DNA of 57,156 nt from a virus (lineage: Duplodnaviria; Caudoviricetes): IMG/VR virus record IMGVR_UViG_3300033067_000970, positions 1-57,156 of that record; one strand, written 5' to 3'. Below are positions 19,336-33,019 of this stretch, piece by piece. A model generated the notes under the pieces. That model worked only from the letters and a program-made list of their open reading frames with translations. It had not been told where the DNA came from and ran no database searches. The number at the start of each line of letters is the position of its first letter. The first letter of the stretch is position 1. The position numbers were made by a program, and so were the translations under genes.

Positions 19336-20001
19336 ATGCGACTTGTAGCCGCTTTCGACGATTTGTTCGTGCCTGAAGCGCTTAGCGGTTGCTGGTTGTG
19401 GCACGGCGAAGTAAATCGAAGTGGTTACGGCCAATACTACGAAAGTTACACGCCTAGAATCCGCCATATGGCGCATAGACACGCATGGAAAATTCACTTC
19501 GGCCCCATCCCTGACGGACTTTGGGTTTGTCACCACTGCGACACTCCAAGCTGCGTGAACCCGAGTCATTTGTTTCTTGGGACTCCGGCCGATAACAGCG
19601 CCGATATGGTGCGAAAAGGTCGTAGCTCGTGGGGCGAAAGAAAAGGCAGAGGCGCCAGCCTTACAAACGCGCAGGCCGAGGAAATTCTAGCATCGACCGA
19701 GACCAACACGGCTCTCGGGCGTAAATACGGCGTGGATCACCGGACCATAAGTCAGATTCGACTTGGGACGACGTGGAGTCGCCTGGGCGGCGCCCGCCAA
19801 GACGACCCGAAAGCGGCGCTATCACACAAAGGAACAGCGCACCCTCTAGCCATCTTGAACGACGAGAAGGTGCGCGAGATACGCCGACTTCTCCGTGATG
19901 GCGTTGGGCCGACCGAGATCGGTCGGCGTTACGGCGTCTCCAAAGTCGTGATCGGCCACATCAAACGTGGTAAGACGTGGCGCCACGTCTCGGACGACTG
20001 A
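19336..20001 (+). CDS. HNH homing endonuclease with tandem C-terminal HTH modules
   Basis: CWLW, AHR, VCHHCDTPSCVNPSHLFLGT..DN; lower GC. Confidence 0.92.
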   Translation: MRLVAAFDDLFVPEALSGCWLWHGEVNRSGYGQYYESYTPRIRHMAHRHAWKIHFGPIPDGLWVCHHCDTPSCVNPSHLFLGTPADNSADMVRKGRSSWGERKGRGASLTNAQAEEILASTETNTALGRKYGVDHRTISQIRLGTTWSRLGGARQDDPKAALSHKGTAHPLAILNDEKVREIRRLLRDGVGPTEIGRRYGVSKVVIGHIKRGKTWRHVSDD

Positions 20002-20004
20002 CCG

Positions 20005-21540
20005 ATGCCCTTCGCGCCGCTCCAACTCCAGCAACGGCTCCAGATGGCGGTGCAGCCGGTCTCGCAGCCGGTCCCTATTCCGCCGCCCATCAAAGGGTGG
20101 AACACGCGCGATCAGTTGGACGCGATGGACCCGCTCGACGCGGTTCAACTGGACAACTGGTTCCCTGACAAGAACGGCGTCTACGTCCGCAACGGCTACC
20201 AGGAGTATGCCTCGTGCGGCGGCTCGACCCCGGTGTGGACTCTCGCCGAGTTTGACGCCGGCAGCGCCAAGAAACTTCTCGCCGCGACGAACGGTCACAT
20301 CTACGACGTGACCGACCCGCTGACGGTTACGTCTCTGGCCTCCGGGCTCACGTCGGACAAGTGGCAGACGGTCAACTTCCTCGGGCGCACCTTCTTTATG
20401 AACGGCGTCGACACCATGAAGGTGTATGACGGCTCGACGATCGCCGACGCGACCTTCACCGGCGTTACCCTCAGCACGATCGTGGGCGGTTGGCAGTATC
20501 AGAACCGCCTCTACTTCTGGACCGCGAACTCGACCGGCTTCTGGTACGCTCCGCTCAACTCGATCTCCGGCGCCCTCACGTTCTATGACCTCGCCGCGTT
20601 CTCGCCAAACGGCGGTAACATGACCGTGATGACCAACTTCACGCACGACGGCTCAAACGGCGTGAACGACTTCGCCGTGTTCATGCTGTCGTCCGGCGAC
20701 GCGCTGGTCTATTTCGGCGACGATCCTGGCCTTCTGTCGGCCTGGCAGCTTGTCGGGCGGTTCCGCCTTGCGCCGCCGGTCAACCCGCGGGCGATGACCA
20801 CCTACGGCGGTGACTCCTTCGCGACCACCTTCGACGATCACATCCCGCTTCACACTGTCCTCGTGGCCTTGATGCAGGGGCAGATGCCGCCGCGCAGCAA
20901 GGTCTCGACGGCGGTCGCCGAGGCGGTCGCGGACGGAAGCGATCTGGACGGCTGGCAGGCGCTCTACTACCCGAAAGGCCGCTATCTCCTGTTCAACATC
21001 CCGCAGACCAACGGGACGTTTCAGCAGCATGTGTGCAATACATCGCTGCCGGACAAGCCGTGGTGCCGGTTCACCAATCAGACCGCCTACAACTGGGCGG
21101 TGTTCGACAACAACCTCTACTTCGGCGGCGCGAACGGTGTCGTCTATCAGGCGGACACGAGCGCCCTCGACAATCTCGGCGCCATCCAGGCGACGGTGCA
21201 GCAGGCGTGGAACCGGCTAGAGTCGCCGAACCGGAAGCGCGTGGCGGCAGTGCGGCCGATCATCCAGACGTCGGGCAGCCTGACCTACGAGTTCTCGGTC
21301 GGCTTCGACTATCAACCGTTCAACATCCCGGTGCCGGTCGTCACGACGGCCTACGGGTCGCCGTGGAATATCTCGCCGTGGAACACGTCTCCTTGGAGTT
21401 CGGAGAACTCGGTCGACGTGCAATGGCGGATCGGTGGCGGCTCCGGCACCGCGGTAGCGTGGGGCATGGCGCTGTCCAGTTCCAAGGCGGCGTCGTGGCT
21501 CCGCACCGACTTGCGGGTTGAAGGCGGCAACGCCTTCTGA
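20005..21540 (+). CDS. Tail nozzle / DNA stabilisation protein
   Basis: 511-aa beta-rich protein, PIKGWNTRD start; position. Confidence 0.75.
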   Translation: MPFAPLQLQQRLQMAVQPVSQPVPIPPPIKGWNTRDQLDAMDPLDAVQLDNWFPDKNGVYVRNGYQEYASCGGSTPVWTLAEFDAGSAKKLLAATNGHIYDVTDPLTVTSLASGLTSDKWQTVNFLGRTFFMNGVDTMKVYDGSTIADATFTGVTLSTIVGGWQYQNRLYFWTANSTGFWYAPLNSISGALTFYDLAAFSPNGGNMTVMTNFTHDGSNGVNDFAVFMLSSGDALVYFGDDPGLLSAWQLVGRFRLAPPVNPRAMTTYGGDSFATTFDDHIPLHTVLVALMQGQMPPRSKVSTAVAEAVADGSDLDGWQALYYPKGRYLLFNIPQTNGTFQQHVCNTSLPDKPWCRFTNQTAYNWAVFDNNLYFGGANGVVYQADTSALDNLGAIQATVQQAWNRLESPNRKRVAAVRPIIQTSGSLTYEFSVGFDYQPFNIPVPVVTTAYGSPWNISPWNTSPWSSENSVDVQWRIGGGSGTAVAWGMALSSSKAASWLRTDLRVEGGNAF

Positions 21541-21968
21541 TGCTGGTCCACAGGCCAGACCTCGACGCCCCTCTCGCCACCTATGCCGCCGAGCGTCTTG
21601 GGCTTCCGCCGCGCCGCTGGGACCGATGCCGGTCATTCGGCGTGATGCGTGGAAAAGACCTCGTGGCGGTGATCGTCTTTCACGACTACCGCTGGCCGAA
21701 CATCGAGGCGTCGATATGGTCGAGCACGCCGCGATGGGCCACCCGGCATGTCCTCGGCGCCGTGATGAAATACGCTTTTCAACAGTTGGATTGTCGTCGT
21801 ATAACGGCTCTCACCGAGACCACGAACCAGCGCGCTCGCGCATTCCTCTGCCGTCTCGGCTTCACGCAGGAGGGCATCCACCCACACGCTTTGCCTTCGG
21901 GGGACGCCGTAACCTATGGGCTGCTTCGCGAGAACGCCGCCCGCTGGATGGCAGAGGTAAATGGCTAA
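21540..21968 (+). CDS. GNAT-like protein of the ejection module
   Basis: YAFQQLDCRRITA...NQRA..LCRLGFTQEG GNAT signature. Confidence 0.8.
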   Translation: MLVHRPDLDAPLATYAAERLGLPPRRWDRCRSFGVMRGKDLVAVIVFHDYRWPNIEASIWSSTPRWATRHVLGAVMKYAFQQLDCRRITALTETTNQRARAFLCRLGFTQEGIHPHALPSGDAVTYGLLRENAARWMAEVNG

Positions 21969-22854
21969 ATCATCGCCCAGCACTCCCTCCGTAGCCGACC
22001 CCGCCGTGACGGCGGCGGCGCAGGGGAACGCCAACGTCAACACCGCGGCGGCGAATGCGGCGCTGAATTTCGTCAACCAAGTGACACCGTACGGCTCGAC
22101 AACCTACGACACCACCGGAACCTACACGACCCCGGACGGCCAGGTTGTCCCGCGCTATACGCAGACGACCGCGCTCTCGCCGCTCGGGCAGTCGATCCTC
22201 ACCGGGCAGCAGCACGTCACGAGCAACCTGCTGCCGGCGGCGGAGACCTTGAGCAAGTCGGTCGGAGCGGCGATCACCAACCCGCTCGACTTCAACACGC
22301 CGCAGTCCGGCATCCTGAACTCGTCGCCGCAGCAGATCAGCGACCGTGCCGCCGACGCCGCCTACGCCAAGCAGAAGGGCTTCCTTGACCCGCAATGGGG
22401 CCAGCAGCAGCGCCAACTTGAGGATCAGCTTGCCCGGCAGGGTATCCCGGTCGGGTCCGAGGCGTACTCCAACGCCATGACGCAGTTCAACAACGCCAAG
22501 ACCCAAGCCTACGACGCTGCGCAGAACGGCGCGATCGCCAACGGCACGTCGGCGGCGGGCAACCTGTTCAACATGGCTCTGGCGGGCAACCAGCAGAACA
22601 TCGCGCAACAGCAGTTGGCGCAGCAGCAGCCGCTCTCGATCCTGCAATCCCTCTTCTCGTCGTCGCCGTCGACGCAACAGCAGCCGATCACGCAGCCGAA
22701 CCCGATCGGCGTCGCCAACACCGACGTGATCGGGGCGACGAACGCCGCCAATAACCAGGCGATGAACATCTACAACGCGCAGATGGGCCAGCAAAACTCG
22801 ATGTTCGGCGGTCTCGCCGGTCTCGGCAGCGCAGCGATCAGGGCCTTCGTATGA
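21961..22854 (+). CDS. Internal virion/ejection protein 1
   Basis: VNQVTPYGS motif, Gln/Asn/Ala-rich, GGLAGLG C-terminus. Confidence 0.7.
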   Translation: MAKSSPSTPSVADPAVTAAAQGNANVNTAAANAALNFVNQVTPYGSTTYDTTGTYTTPDGQVVPRYTQTTALSPLGQSILTGQQHVTSNLLPAAETLSKSVGAAITNPLDFNTPQSGILNSSPQQISDRAADAAYAKQKGFLDPQWGQQQRQLEDQLARQGIPVGSEAYSNAMTQFNNAKTQAYDAAQNGAIANGTSAAGNLFNMALAGNQQNIAQQQLAQQQPLSILQSLFSSSPSTQQQPITQPNPIGVANTDVIGATNAANNQAMNIYNAQMGQQNSMFGGLAGLGSAAIRAFV

Positions 22855-25094
22855 GCGAATCCCTCACGCAACTCTATCTGTCCAACCCTGCGCTCGCGAC
22901 GGCGATCCGTCGCCAGCAGGCCGGACAGTCGCTCGTCAACGAGGGCATGTCCACGGCGCCGACCGGCCCGTGGGGCGCTCTCGCGCGGCTCGCGCAAGCC
23001 TACGTCGGCACGCGGGACGTCAACAAGGCTGAGCAGGACATCAAGGATTACGGCGAGCAGAGCCGTGCCGACATGAACAACTTCATGTCGATGGTCAACG
23101 GCGGCGGGCAAAGCCCGGCGGGTTCGATGCCGTCGTCCGTGCCGCCTCCGACGACCGGGGTTCCGGGAAGCTACACCGCATCGGTCGAAAAACTGGAGGG
23201 GACGGGGCAGAACCCCCTTTCATCGGCCAGCGGTGTCGGGCAGTTCACCACAGGGACGTGGATGGACTACGCCAAGAACAACCCGGAACGGTTTTCGGGC
23301 ATGGACCCGCAGCAAATCCTCGCGATGCGCGACAACCCCGAGGTTGGCCGCGACGCGATCAAGTGGCTCGCAGGGCGCAACGCGCCTATCCTCGCGCAAA
23401 GCGGCGTCCAGCCGACGAACGGCGCTCTCGCCCTCGCGCACTTCCTTGGGCCGAAAGCCGCCGCCGCGGTATGGCAGGCCGACCCGAATACGCCGATCGC
23501 CTCCGTTCTCCAGACCGCCATCGGGCCGGAGCAGACGCAAGCCTACCTTCGCGCCAATCCCACGCTGTCGGCGGCTACGGCGGGCACGCTGACGACCAAG
23601 TATCGCGCACTGGACGGTGGAGCCGCCTATTCGGGAGGCGACGGCGCGAGTTCGGGCGGCAACGGCGGCTACGATCCTGTGGCGACGGCCGAGCGGTATC
23701 GCCGCCTAGCCATCTATGCCGCCGCGTCGCCCAACCCGCAAATCAAGGCGATGGCGCAGACGCTTGGTCAGATGGCGTCGCAGGCTCTCCAGACGAACCG
23801 CTACGTGCCGCAGCCGCGGAACGGCGTCGCCGGGCAACTCAACCTCACGACGAACGAGTGGAAGCCGGATTTCACCAACACCGCCACGACGTTCACGACC
23901 GAGAACGGCGACGTCTATCAGAACCCGCCGGGCGGCGGAGCGCCTGTCCTTGTCCACCGCAACCCGACCGGGATCACGGGTCAGGGGGCGGAGGCGAGCG
24001 CCGAGCGTGTTCTGTCGACCTTGGCGCCGAAGGTCCGCGATGGGACCGCGACGCCGCAGGAGCAGTCGCAATATGCCCAGGCGGCGCAGGGTTACATCCG
24101 CCCCGAGGCCAAGTTCGACACCACGACCGGCAAGTGGATCATGCTGCCGCAGCGATCTCTCCCGCCCGGCTACCCGATGCCGACTGCGTGGGGCGGACAG
24201 GGCGCGGCTGCGCCCGCCCAGCCCGGTGCGGTTGCGCCCGCCCAGCCCGGTGCGGCCCCGGCCGCGCAGCCCGGTGCGGCCCCGGCCGCGCAGCCCGGTG
24301 CGGCCCCGGCCGCACAGCCCGGCGCGGCGCCTCCCGCCCAGCCGCCGCAGACTTTCGGCGGAGCGCAAGAACTCACGCCGGGCGGCTTCCACCAGGCAGA
24401 GGCGTCCAAGGTGACGGCCGGTTCGGCCAAAGGGATGCTCGACGAGGCGATCAAACAGCAGGCCGAGGCGAACACAGGGGCGCCGATCCGGCAGACCGCC
24501 GCGACGATCCGGTCCATGCTTGATGATGTCCGAACCGGCAAGTTGGCCGAACAGGCGATCAATGCGGGCGCGTGGCTGACCTCGCTTGGCGTCCCGCCCG
24601 AAACCGTGAAATCCATCACTGGATCGAGCACGTCCCAAGCTGAAATTCTCCGCAAGGCATTGTTCCAACTCAGCACGGGCGCGGTGCGCGGTATGGGCGC
24701 TCGCGAGCCGGGGTCGGTCATCCAACTGTTCACGACGCGCTATCCGAACCTCTCCGATCAGAACCTCACGATCGACGCCATGAGCCGTCTATTGGAGTCG
24801 GATCAGCAGTACAAGGAGGACGCGGCGAACTCGCGTGTGGCGCATCTTCAGAACTCCGTGGATGAGTTCGGCAAGACCGGCAAGTTCCGCGGCGCTGAAG
24901 GCTACCAGCCGCCGGACGCCTACGTCTATCAGGCGGCGGCGCTCGCGGCTGGCGGAATGCCCTACAACGTCTGGACGCATGGGCTCTCCAACGAGCAGCA
25001 GACCGAGGCGCTGCGTCTGGCGTCGAAGATTTGGCCGGACGCCGCGGCGCTTGATCGTTCGGGGCGGCGAGTCATTCTCAAAGGGTCGCGCTGA
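22851..25094 (+). CDS. Ejection protein with lysozyme-like/transglycosylase domain
   Basis: E...SSASGVGQFTTGTW...LAHFLGP motif. Confidence 0.75.
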   Translation: MSESLTQLYLSNPALATAIRRQQAGQSLVNEGMSTAPTGPWGALARLAQAYVGTRDVNKAEQDIKDYGEQSRADMNNFMSMVNGGGQSPAGSMPSSVPPPTTGVPGSYTASVEKLEGTGQNPLSSASGVGQFTTGTWMDYAKNNPERFSGMDPQQILAMRDNPEVGRDAIKWLAGRNAPILAQSGVQPTNGALALAHFLGPKAAAAVWQADPNTPIASVLQTAIGPEQTQAYLRANPTLSAATAGTLTTKYRALDGGAAYSGGDGASSGGNGGYDPVATAERYRRLAIYAAASPNPQIKAMAQTLGQMASQALQTNRYVPQPRNGVAGQLNLTTNEWKPDFTNTATTFTTENGDVYQNPPGGGAPVLVHRNPTGITGQGAEASAERVLSTLAPKVRDGTATPQEQSQYAQAAQGYIRPEAKFDTTTGKWIMLPQRSLPPGYPMPTAWGGQGAAAPAQPGAVAPAQPGAAPAAQPGAAPAAQPGAAPAAQPGAAPPAQPPQTFGGAQELTPGGFHQAEASKVTAGSAKGMLDEAIKQQAEANTGAPIRQTAATIRSMLDDVRTGKLAEQAINAGAWLTSLGVPPETVKSITGSSTSQAEILRKALFQLSTGAVRGMGAREPGSVIQLFTTRYPNLSDQNLTIDAMSRLLESDQQYKEDAANSRVAHLQNSVDEFGKTGKFRGAEGYQPPDAYVYQAAALAAGGMPYNVWTHGLSNEQQTEALRLASKIWPDAAALDRSGRRVILKGSR
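24211..24345 (+). repeat. 24-bp tandem repeat encoding AQPGAAPA
   Basis: About five visible copies. Confidence 0.9.
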
Positions 25095-27559
25095 TGGCGC
25101 AGCCTTTCGATCCTTTCGCCGCCGCCGGGTTCGGAGGCGCTTCAGCGCCCCCGCCGCAAGCCGAACCCGAAGGAATGTCGGCGCCCTTCGACCCGTTCGG
25201 CGCGGCGGGCTTCGCTCAAGTGGCGCCGGACGCCCCCACTCAGACCGTCGCCAAACCGCCGCGTCCGAAGGTGCTCGCGGTCATGCCGGACGGGCGCCCG
25301 ATCTTCGACGACCCGGCGCTCAACAACAAGATCACCGAGAACAACCTCCGCATCGGCGAGAAGATGGGTGAAGGGGCGACCTTCGGCCTTCTGCCGCACA
25401 TCGTCGCGGGCGTCCGGTCGCTGTTCGGGACGCCCTACCAGCAAGGGCTTGCGGAAGCGCGGAAGTTCACCAACGACACGTCGGAGGAGATGCCCGGCGT
25501 CTCCATGGCGGCCGAAGCGATGGGCGGCCTCGCCCCCGGCGGTCTGATCGGCAAAGCGGCGCAATTCGGCACCGCCGGTAGAGTCCCCGCCTTGGCCGAG
25601 AAGGCGGCGCGCGGTGCGGCCATGGGTGGCGCGTTCGGCGCCGCCAACACAGCCGGACACAACGTCGGCATGGGCACGATGGACAACTTCGCGCCTGACC
25701 TGAAGACCGCTTTTCTCGTCAACGCCGGTCTCGGCGGCGGCATCCCGATCGTCGGCGCCGGTCTGCAAGCCGGGGCGAACACAGGCCGCGCTCTCGTGAA
25801 CGCCTTCCGCAACGCGGCGACAGAGGGCGGACGCGGCGCCGTCGCGGGGCAAATCCTCAAGGAGACGATGGGCGATTTCACCGGGACCCCAGCCACGTCG
25901 CCGATCCCAGGCGTCACGCTGCGTCCGGCGCAAGCAACCGGCAATCCCGGCTTGGCGTCGCTGGAGCGCACGCTGGGGCCGGCGGGAGCGACGACGGCGG
26001 AAGACGTGGTGCAGAACGGCATGACGCCGCGGCAAACCGGCGCTCTGATCGAGCACCTGGTCGGCCCCGACAACGCTGCCCGGACTCCGACCGCGATCGT
26101 GAACGAGGCGAGCCAGCGCGGTGTCGGCACGATCCGCGCCCTGGACGCCGCGCTTGGCGGACGCGAGCGCGAACTGTGGCAAGACCCGGCACTGGCCAAC
26201 GTGACCTTCCACGGGCCAACAATGGCGCAAGGAGTGGCACGGTCGGTCGCGCAACTACCCGCGTCCTGGCGCGACGCCATCACCGGCCCGAACGCCACGC
26301 TCGGCTCGTTCCTGAAAGAACTTGGTGAACTCGGGCCGAACGCCACAATCCAGGAAGTGAACTCGGTTCGCAGCCGCATTCTCGCCGCGGCTCGCGACGC
26401 GGCGGCGGGCGCCAACCCGGACAGCGTGAAAGCGCAAGCGGCGCGGTCCATGGCTGACGCGGTCATCAACCAGATGGAGCAAGCGCCCGCCTTCGCCGCA
26501 GCGGCGCAACCGGCGACGACTCGCGTCGTGTGGGAGCCGTCAGCGTCGATCGAACATTTCGGACCCGCGCGTCGCGTAGTCGACGTGCCAGCGACCCCTA
26601 GCGGCGACGCGGCGCGTGAAGCCTACCAGCGGGCGCGGGACTTCACCCGGCAATACAACACGACGCTCGGCTTCCCCGAGTTCGACCCCATCTTCACGCG
26701 CAACTACGCCGGGAACATCACTGGCAATGATGAGGCGATCTTCGGCCGGTTCTTCGACCCTCGGGCCGGGACGTCGGCCGGGGCGAGCCGTCTGCAAGAC
26801 CTGATCGACTTCGCGACCGCCAACGGCAATCCGAACCTCGCCAATCAACTTTCCGGCGATATGCAGCAGTATCTCCGGGCGCTCGTGGCGGCGCGCGGTC
26901 GCGCCAGCACGGCGGTCGACGCCGCCGGGCGCCCGGCAGTCAATGTCCGTGATCTCGCGGCGGCGGGCGAGAACCTAGGGCCGGTCGTCGAGAAGACGCC
27001 AGCCCTCGCGCCTGCCGCGTCGGACCTGACTACCGCGGTCCAGACGGCGCGGCTTCTCGGCCGTCCGTCCTCGGTGCGAAGCGACACGGGCAGCCCGACC
27101 TACGACAAGTTGAAGAACGACCAACTGATCGCAGCCATCCTCGGGCAGTCCGGCTCGTCGGCGCTCGGGATGCTTGGAGGCGGGGCGGCAGGGTATCGCT
27201 ATACGCCGGACGACGCAGGACCGCTGACGACAGCCGCCATGACAGGCGGCGGGGCGCTCGCTGGCGCGCTTCTTGGGCGAACATTCGGCGGCAAACTCAC
27301 GAGCCTTCCACTGGCTAACAAGGTCACGAACTGGGTCAACGAACCAGCCCGCAAGGAGATCGAGAAACTCCTGGCCGGTGGTCTCGGGTCGGAGGCCGAA
27401 CTTCAGCGGCTTCTCTCTTTGCGTCCTCACCAGATGCCGAATCTCTCCGACCCCGGCGCAGTCAGCAACCTCGCCGACATCATCGCGCGGCAATCCTTGT
27501 CGCCGTCAGCGGCGGCGGTCGAGCGGCTGCGTCGTCGCCCGGCGGAGCAGGTCAGATGA
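25094..27559 (+). CDS. Large ejection protein
   Basis: 821 aa, Ala/Gly-rich; duplicated PFDPFxAAGF at the N-terminus; GATFG motif. Confidence 0.75.
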   Translation: MAQPFDPFAAAGFGGASAPPPQAEPEGMSAPFDPFGAAGFAQVAPDAPTQTVAKPPRPKVLAVMPDGRPIFDDPALNNKITENNLRIGEKMGEGATFGLLPHIVAGVRSLFGTPYQQGLAEARKFTNDTSEEMPGVSMAAEAMGGLAPGGLIGKAAQFGTAGRVPALAEKAARGAAMGGAFGAANTAGHNVGMGTMDNFAPDLKTAFLVNAGLGGGIPIVGAGLQAGANTGRALVNAFRNAATEGGRGAVAGQILKETMGDFTGTPATSPIPGVTLRPAQATGNPGLASLERTLGPAGATTAEDVVQNGMTPRQTGALIEHLVGPDNAARTPTAIVNEASQRGVGTIRALDAALGGRERELWQDPALANVTFHGPTMAQGVARSVAQLPASWRDAITGPNATLGSFLKELGELGPNATIQEVNSVRSRILAAARDAAAGANPDSVKAQAARSMADAVINQMEQAPAFAAAAQPATTRVVWEPSASIEHFGPARRVVDVPATPSGDAAREAYQRARDFTRQYNTTLGFPEFDPIFTRNYAGNITGNDEAIFGRFFDPRAGTSAGASRLQDLIDFATANGNPNLANQLSGDMQQYLRALVAARGRASTAVDAAGRPAVNVRDLAAAGENLGPVVEKTPALAPAASDLTTAVQTARLLGRPSSVRSDTGSPTYDKLKNDQLIAAILGQSGSSALGMLGGGAAGYRYTPDDAGPLTTAAMTGGGALAGALLGRTFGGKLTSLPLANKVTNWVNEPARKEIEKLLAGGLGSEAELQRLLSLRPHQMPNLSDPGAVSNLADIIARQSLSPSAAAVERLRRRPAEQVR

Positions 27560-27788
27560 GCCGCGATTTCCGCCGTAGCGGGCCAGCACACGCCCAGTCG
27601 AGCGCACGCAGCACGATCCATAGCGGCAAGACGAGCACCAGGTTGAGATGCAGATACACCCGCATCACGGCGAGGGGCCAAGGCGTGAAGAAGTTCGCGG
27701 CGTTGAACAGTGCCGCCATCAAGAACAGGACGACCGCGATCAGGGTTGATAAGACCGCCGGGATCGTGTCACACCAAGGCATCCGCAT
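27552..27788 (-). CDS. Small membrane protein, antisense to the late operon
   Basis: Two hydrophobic helices; fills the gap between + strand genes. Confidence 0.6.
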   Translation of the reverse strand: MRMPWCDTIPAVLSTLIAVVLFLMAALFNAANFFTPWPLAVMRVYLHLNLVLVLPLWIVLRALDWACAGPLRRKSRLI

Positions 27789-27821
27789 GGCACATCGTAG
27801 CGCATTCTCGGGAGTCGTCTA

Positions 27822-29917
<2,096 letters not shown>

Positions 29918-29935
29918 GCAAACAGGAGACCACCC

Positions 29936-30211
29936 ATGGCTGGCCCAATCTACGGAGTTCCCATGACGGGCGGGGCGCCGATCCAAGGCGTCGAGGCCCT
30001 GACCAACAACGTCACGGCGGCGAACGGCGCGCGGCAGGCGATCATCCTCTACGCCACCACGGCCGGGACGGTGACGTTCACCTTCATCGACGGTAGCACG
30101 GCGACCCTGAACGCGGCGCTTGGCACCAACATCTTTCCGTTCGCCTGCACCAAGTACGCTGTCGGCACCGCGGTCGTCCCCAACGCCTACAACGCTTTCG
30201 TCACGACCTAA
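29936..30211 (+). CDS. Small tail-associated protein
   Basis: AGGAG RBS, beta-rich. Confidence 0.7.
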   Translation: MAGPIYGVPMTGGAPIQGVEALTNNVTAANGARQAIILYATTAGTVTFTFIDGSTATLNAALGTNIFPFACTKYAVGTAVVPNAYNAFVTT

Positions 30212-30411
30212 TGGCCGACAACCCGTCCACGACGAACGTCGGCCTGAATTTCGGCCTCGGGACGCAGCCCGGCAACGCCGGCATCCGCGTCGGCGTGATG
30301 ACGGGTGCTGACACAGGCGGCGCGACCTTCTACATTGATCTGGAGGACGGCTCCGGCGTGGTCGCGCTGGAGGACAACTCCGGCAACATCCTTCTGGAGA
30401 TCGCTCCGTGA
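30211..30411 (+). CDS. Small tail-associated protein
   Basis: TAATG coupling; repeated LEDGSG/LEDNSG. Confidence 0.65.
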   Translation: MADNPSTTNVGLNFGLGTQPGNAGIRVGVMTGADTGGATFYIDLEDGSGVVALEDNSGNILLEIAP

Positions 30412-31229
30412 GCATGACCATGATCCCCCAAGATGGGGGCGATCCGACCAAGGGGCCGAAAGGTGACATCGGCGATCGCGGTCCAGAAGGTCCGGTTGGG
30501 CCGGTCGGCCCGGCTGGCGAGCGCGGCGAGCGTGGCGAGCAAGGCCCGCAAGGGCCGCAGGGCGAGCGTGGCGAGCAAGGCCCGCAAGGGCCGCAGGGCG
30601 AGCGTGGCGAGCAAGGCCCGCAAGGGCCGCAGGGCGAGCGCGGCGAGCCGGGAGAGCGCGGTGAGAAGGGACCGCCCGGCGACGTAGGTCCGCAGGGCGA
30701 GCGCGGCCCACAGGGCGAGCGCGGCGACGCCGGGCCGACAGGAGCGCAAGGCCCGCAGGGCGAGCGTGGCCTGCAAGGCGACAAGGGCGATCGCGGCGAT
30801 CGCGGGGCGCCTGGCGACACCGGGCCACAGGGCGAGAAGGGCGAGCGTGGCGACGTCGGGCCGCAGGGAGAGCGCGGGCCGGAAGGCCCCGTCTACGTGC
30901 CGCCCACAGTGAAGGGCCGCGTGCTCTATGGCGACATCGGCCGCCTCACGGCCGACCGCAAGGCGCCTGGCGCGGCCAACACGCTGAACATTCCGGACGG
31001 CTTTACGCGCGCCGTAATGCTCTTGGTGACGGATGGCCGAGGGCGCACGGCATTCATCCGCGGCGCGCACACGCGAGCGGACGGCCCGGAGTCGACGACG
31101 TGGCGCGGCTGGGATTTTCTCGGCGACGCCTCGGTGACGGTCGAGGCCGACACCGACAACGGCGGTCTCGCGGTAACGGCGACGGAGCCCGGCGACTGGA
31201 CGTGCCGAATGATCGGCGCCCCGGAGTAA
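30408..31229 (+). CDS. Charged collagen-like protein
   Basis: Long G-X-Y run (GPQGERGEQ). Confidence 0.85.
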   Translation: MSMTMIPQDGGDPTKGPKGDIGDRGPEGPVGPVGPAGERGERGEQGPQGPQGERGEQGPQGPQGERGEQGPQGPQGERGEPGERGEKGPPGDVGPQGERGPQGERGDAGPTGAQGPQGERGLQGDKGDRGDRGAPGDTGPQGEKGERGDVGPQGERGPEGPVYVPPTVKGRVLYGDIGRLTADRKAPGAANTLNIPDGFTRAVMLLVTDGRGRTAFIRGAHTRADGPESTTWRGWDFLGDASVTVEADTDNGGLAVTATEPGDWTCRMIGAPE

Positions 31230-31235
31230 CCGCCA

Positions 31236-32023
<788 letters not shown>

Positions 32024-32027
<4 letters not shown>

Positions 32028-32533
32028 GCGATATCATCCCGCCGCCGAGCGACGAGCCGCTGCCGACGCCGGAGGAGAACCTGGCAGGCGTCAAGGCGAA
32101 CGCCGTCGAATGGGACGCGGCCATCCGAGCGCATCCGGCGTATCAAGCTGGCGGCTCCGACGAAGCCATCGCTGCGGCGATCAATGCCGACGACCGAGTC
32201 GGGCCAGACCAGCCCGTGCCGGTATCGGCCATCGTCAACTACCTTCGCCGGGAAGGCGTTTGGCTGGCGATCAAGATGGCGGCGTCGCAGGGTGTCGTCT
32301 CGGCAGCCGCCGCTGTCGATCTGGCGAGCGACATGCACGCCGGGACGGTCGATCTGACGCTGCCAATCGTGCGCGAACTCCTGCCGGACCTCGTGACGCG
32401 CGGCCTGATGAAGCAAGCACAACTCGACATGGTGTTCGCCATGGGCAAGACAGTGACGCCGGGATGGCAGGCCCTCGGCGCTCCTTCGGCGCTCAACGAG
32501 CACGACATCTACCGCGCACGAGCGGGGGCGTAA
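32024..32533 (+). CDS. Hypothetical (possible fibre chaperone)
   Basis: ATGA coupling; helical. Confidence 0.7.
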
Positions 32534-32536
32534 CCC

Positions 32537-33016
32537 ATGGCAACGAATTTCCTCTGGTATTCCGGCACCAGCAACGATGGTCTGCTGACCTCAGCGCTGA
32601 CGATCATGTCGACCGAGTTGAACACCCTCACCTCCGGCTCCTACGCGATCAGCAGCGTGGCTGGCTCGTCGGGCGTGATCTCCAACAGCAGCACCGCGCA
32701 AGGCATGTGGGCGGTCCCCTTTTTCACTTTCGGCGGCACCGTCACCCCGGCGAGCCCGCTCAACCTGTCGCTGTGGTTCGCTGAATCGCTTGACGGCTCC
32801 ACGTTCGAGGATGCGTCATCGCTTCTCGCCCGATCGCCGGACGTCGTCTTCGCCTTCGCCAACTCGTCCTACGCGAGCAAGACCGTGATCGGTCAGTCGC
32901 GCATCGTGCGGGTGCCGGCCCTCAAGTTCAAGGTGATCGTCCAGAACAACATCGGAGGGTCGCTTCCCTCGTCCGGCAACCTGGTCAAACTCGGCCTCTT
33001 CGCCGCGCAGTATTGA
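32537..33016 (+). CDS. Hypothetical virion protein
   Basis: Ser-rich beta protein, SLDGSTFE. Confidence 0.7.
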   Translation: MATNFLWYSGTSNDGLLTSALTIMSTELNTLTSGSYAISSVAGSSGVISNSSTAQGMWAVPFFTFGGTVTPASPLNLSLWFAESLDGSTFEDASSLLARSPDVVFAFANSSYASKTVIGQSRIVRVPALKFKVIVQNNIGGSLPSSGNLVKLGLFAAQY

Positions 33017-33019
33017 GCC

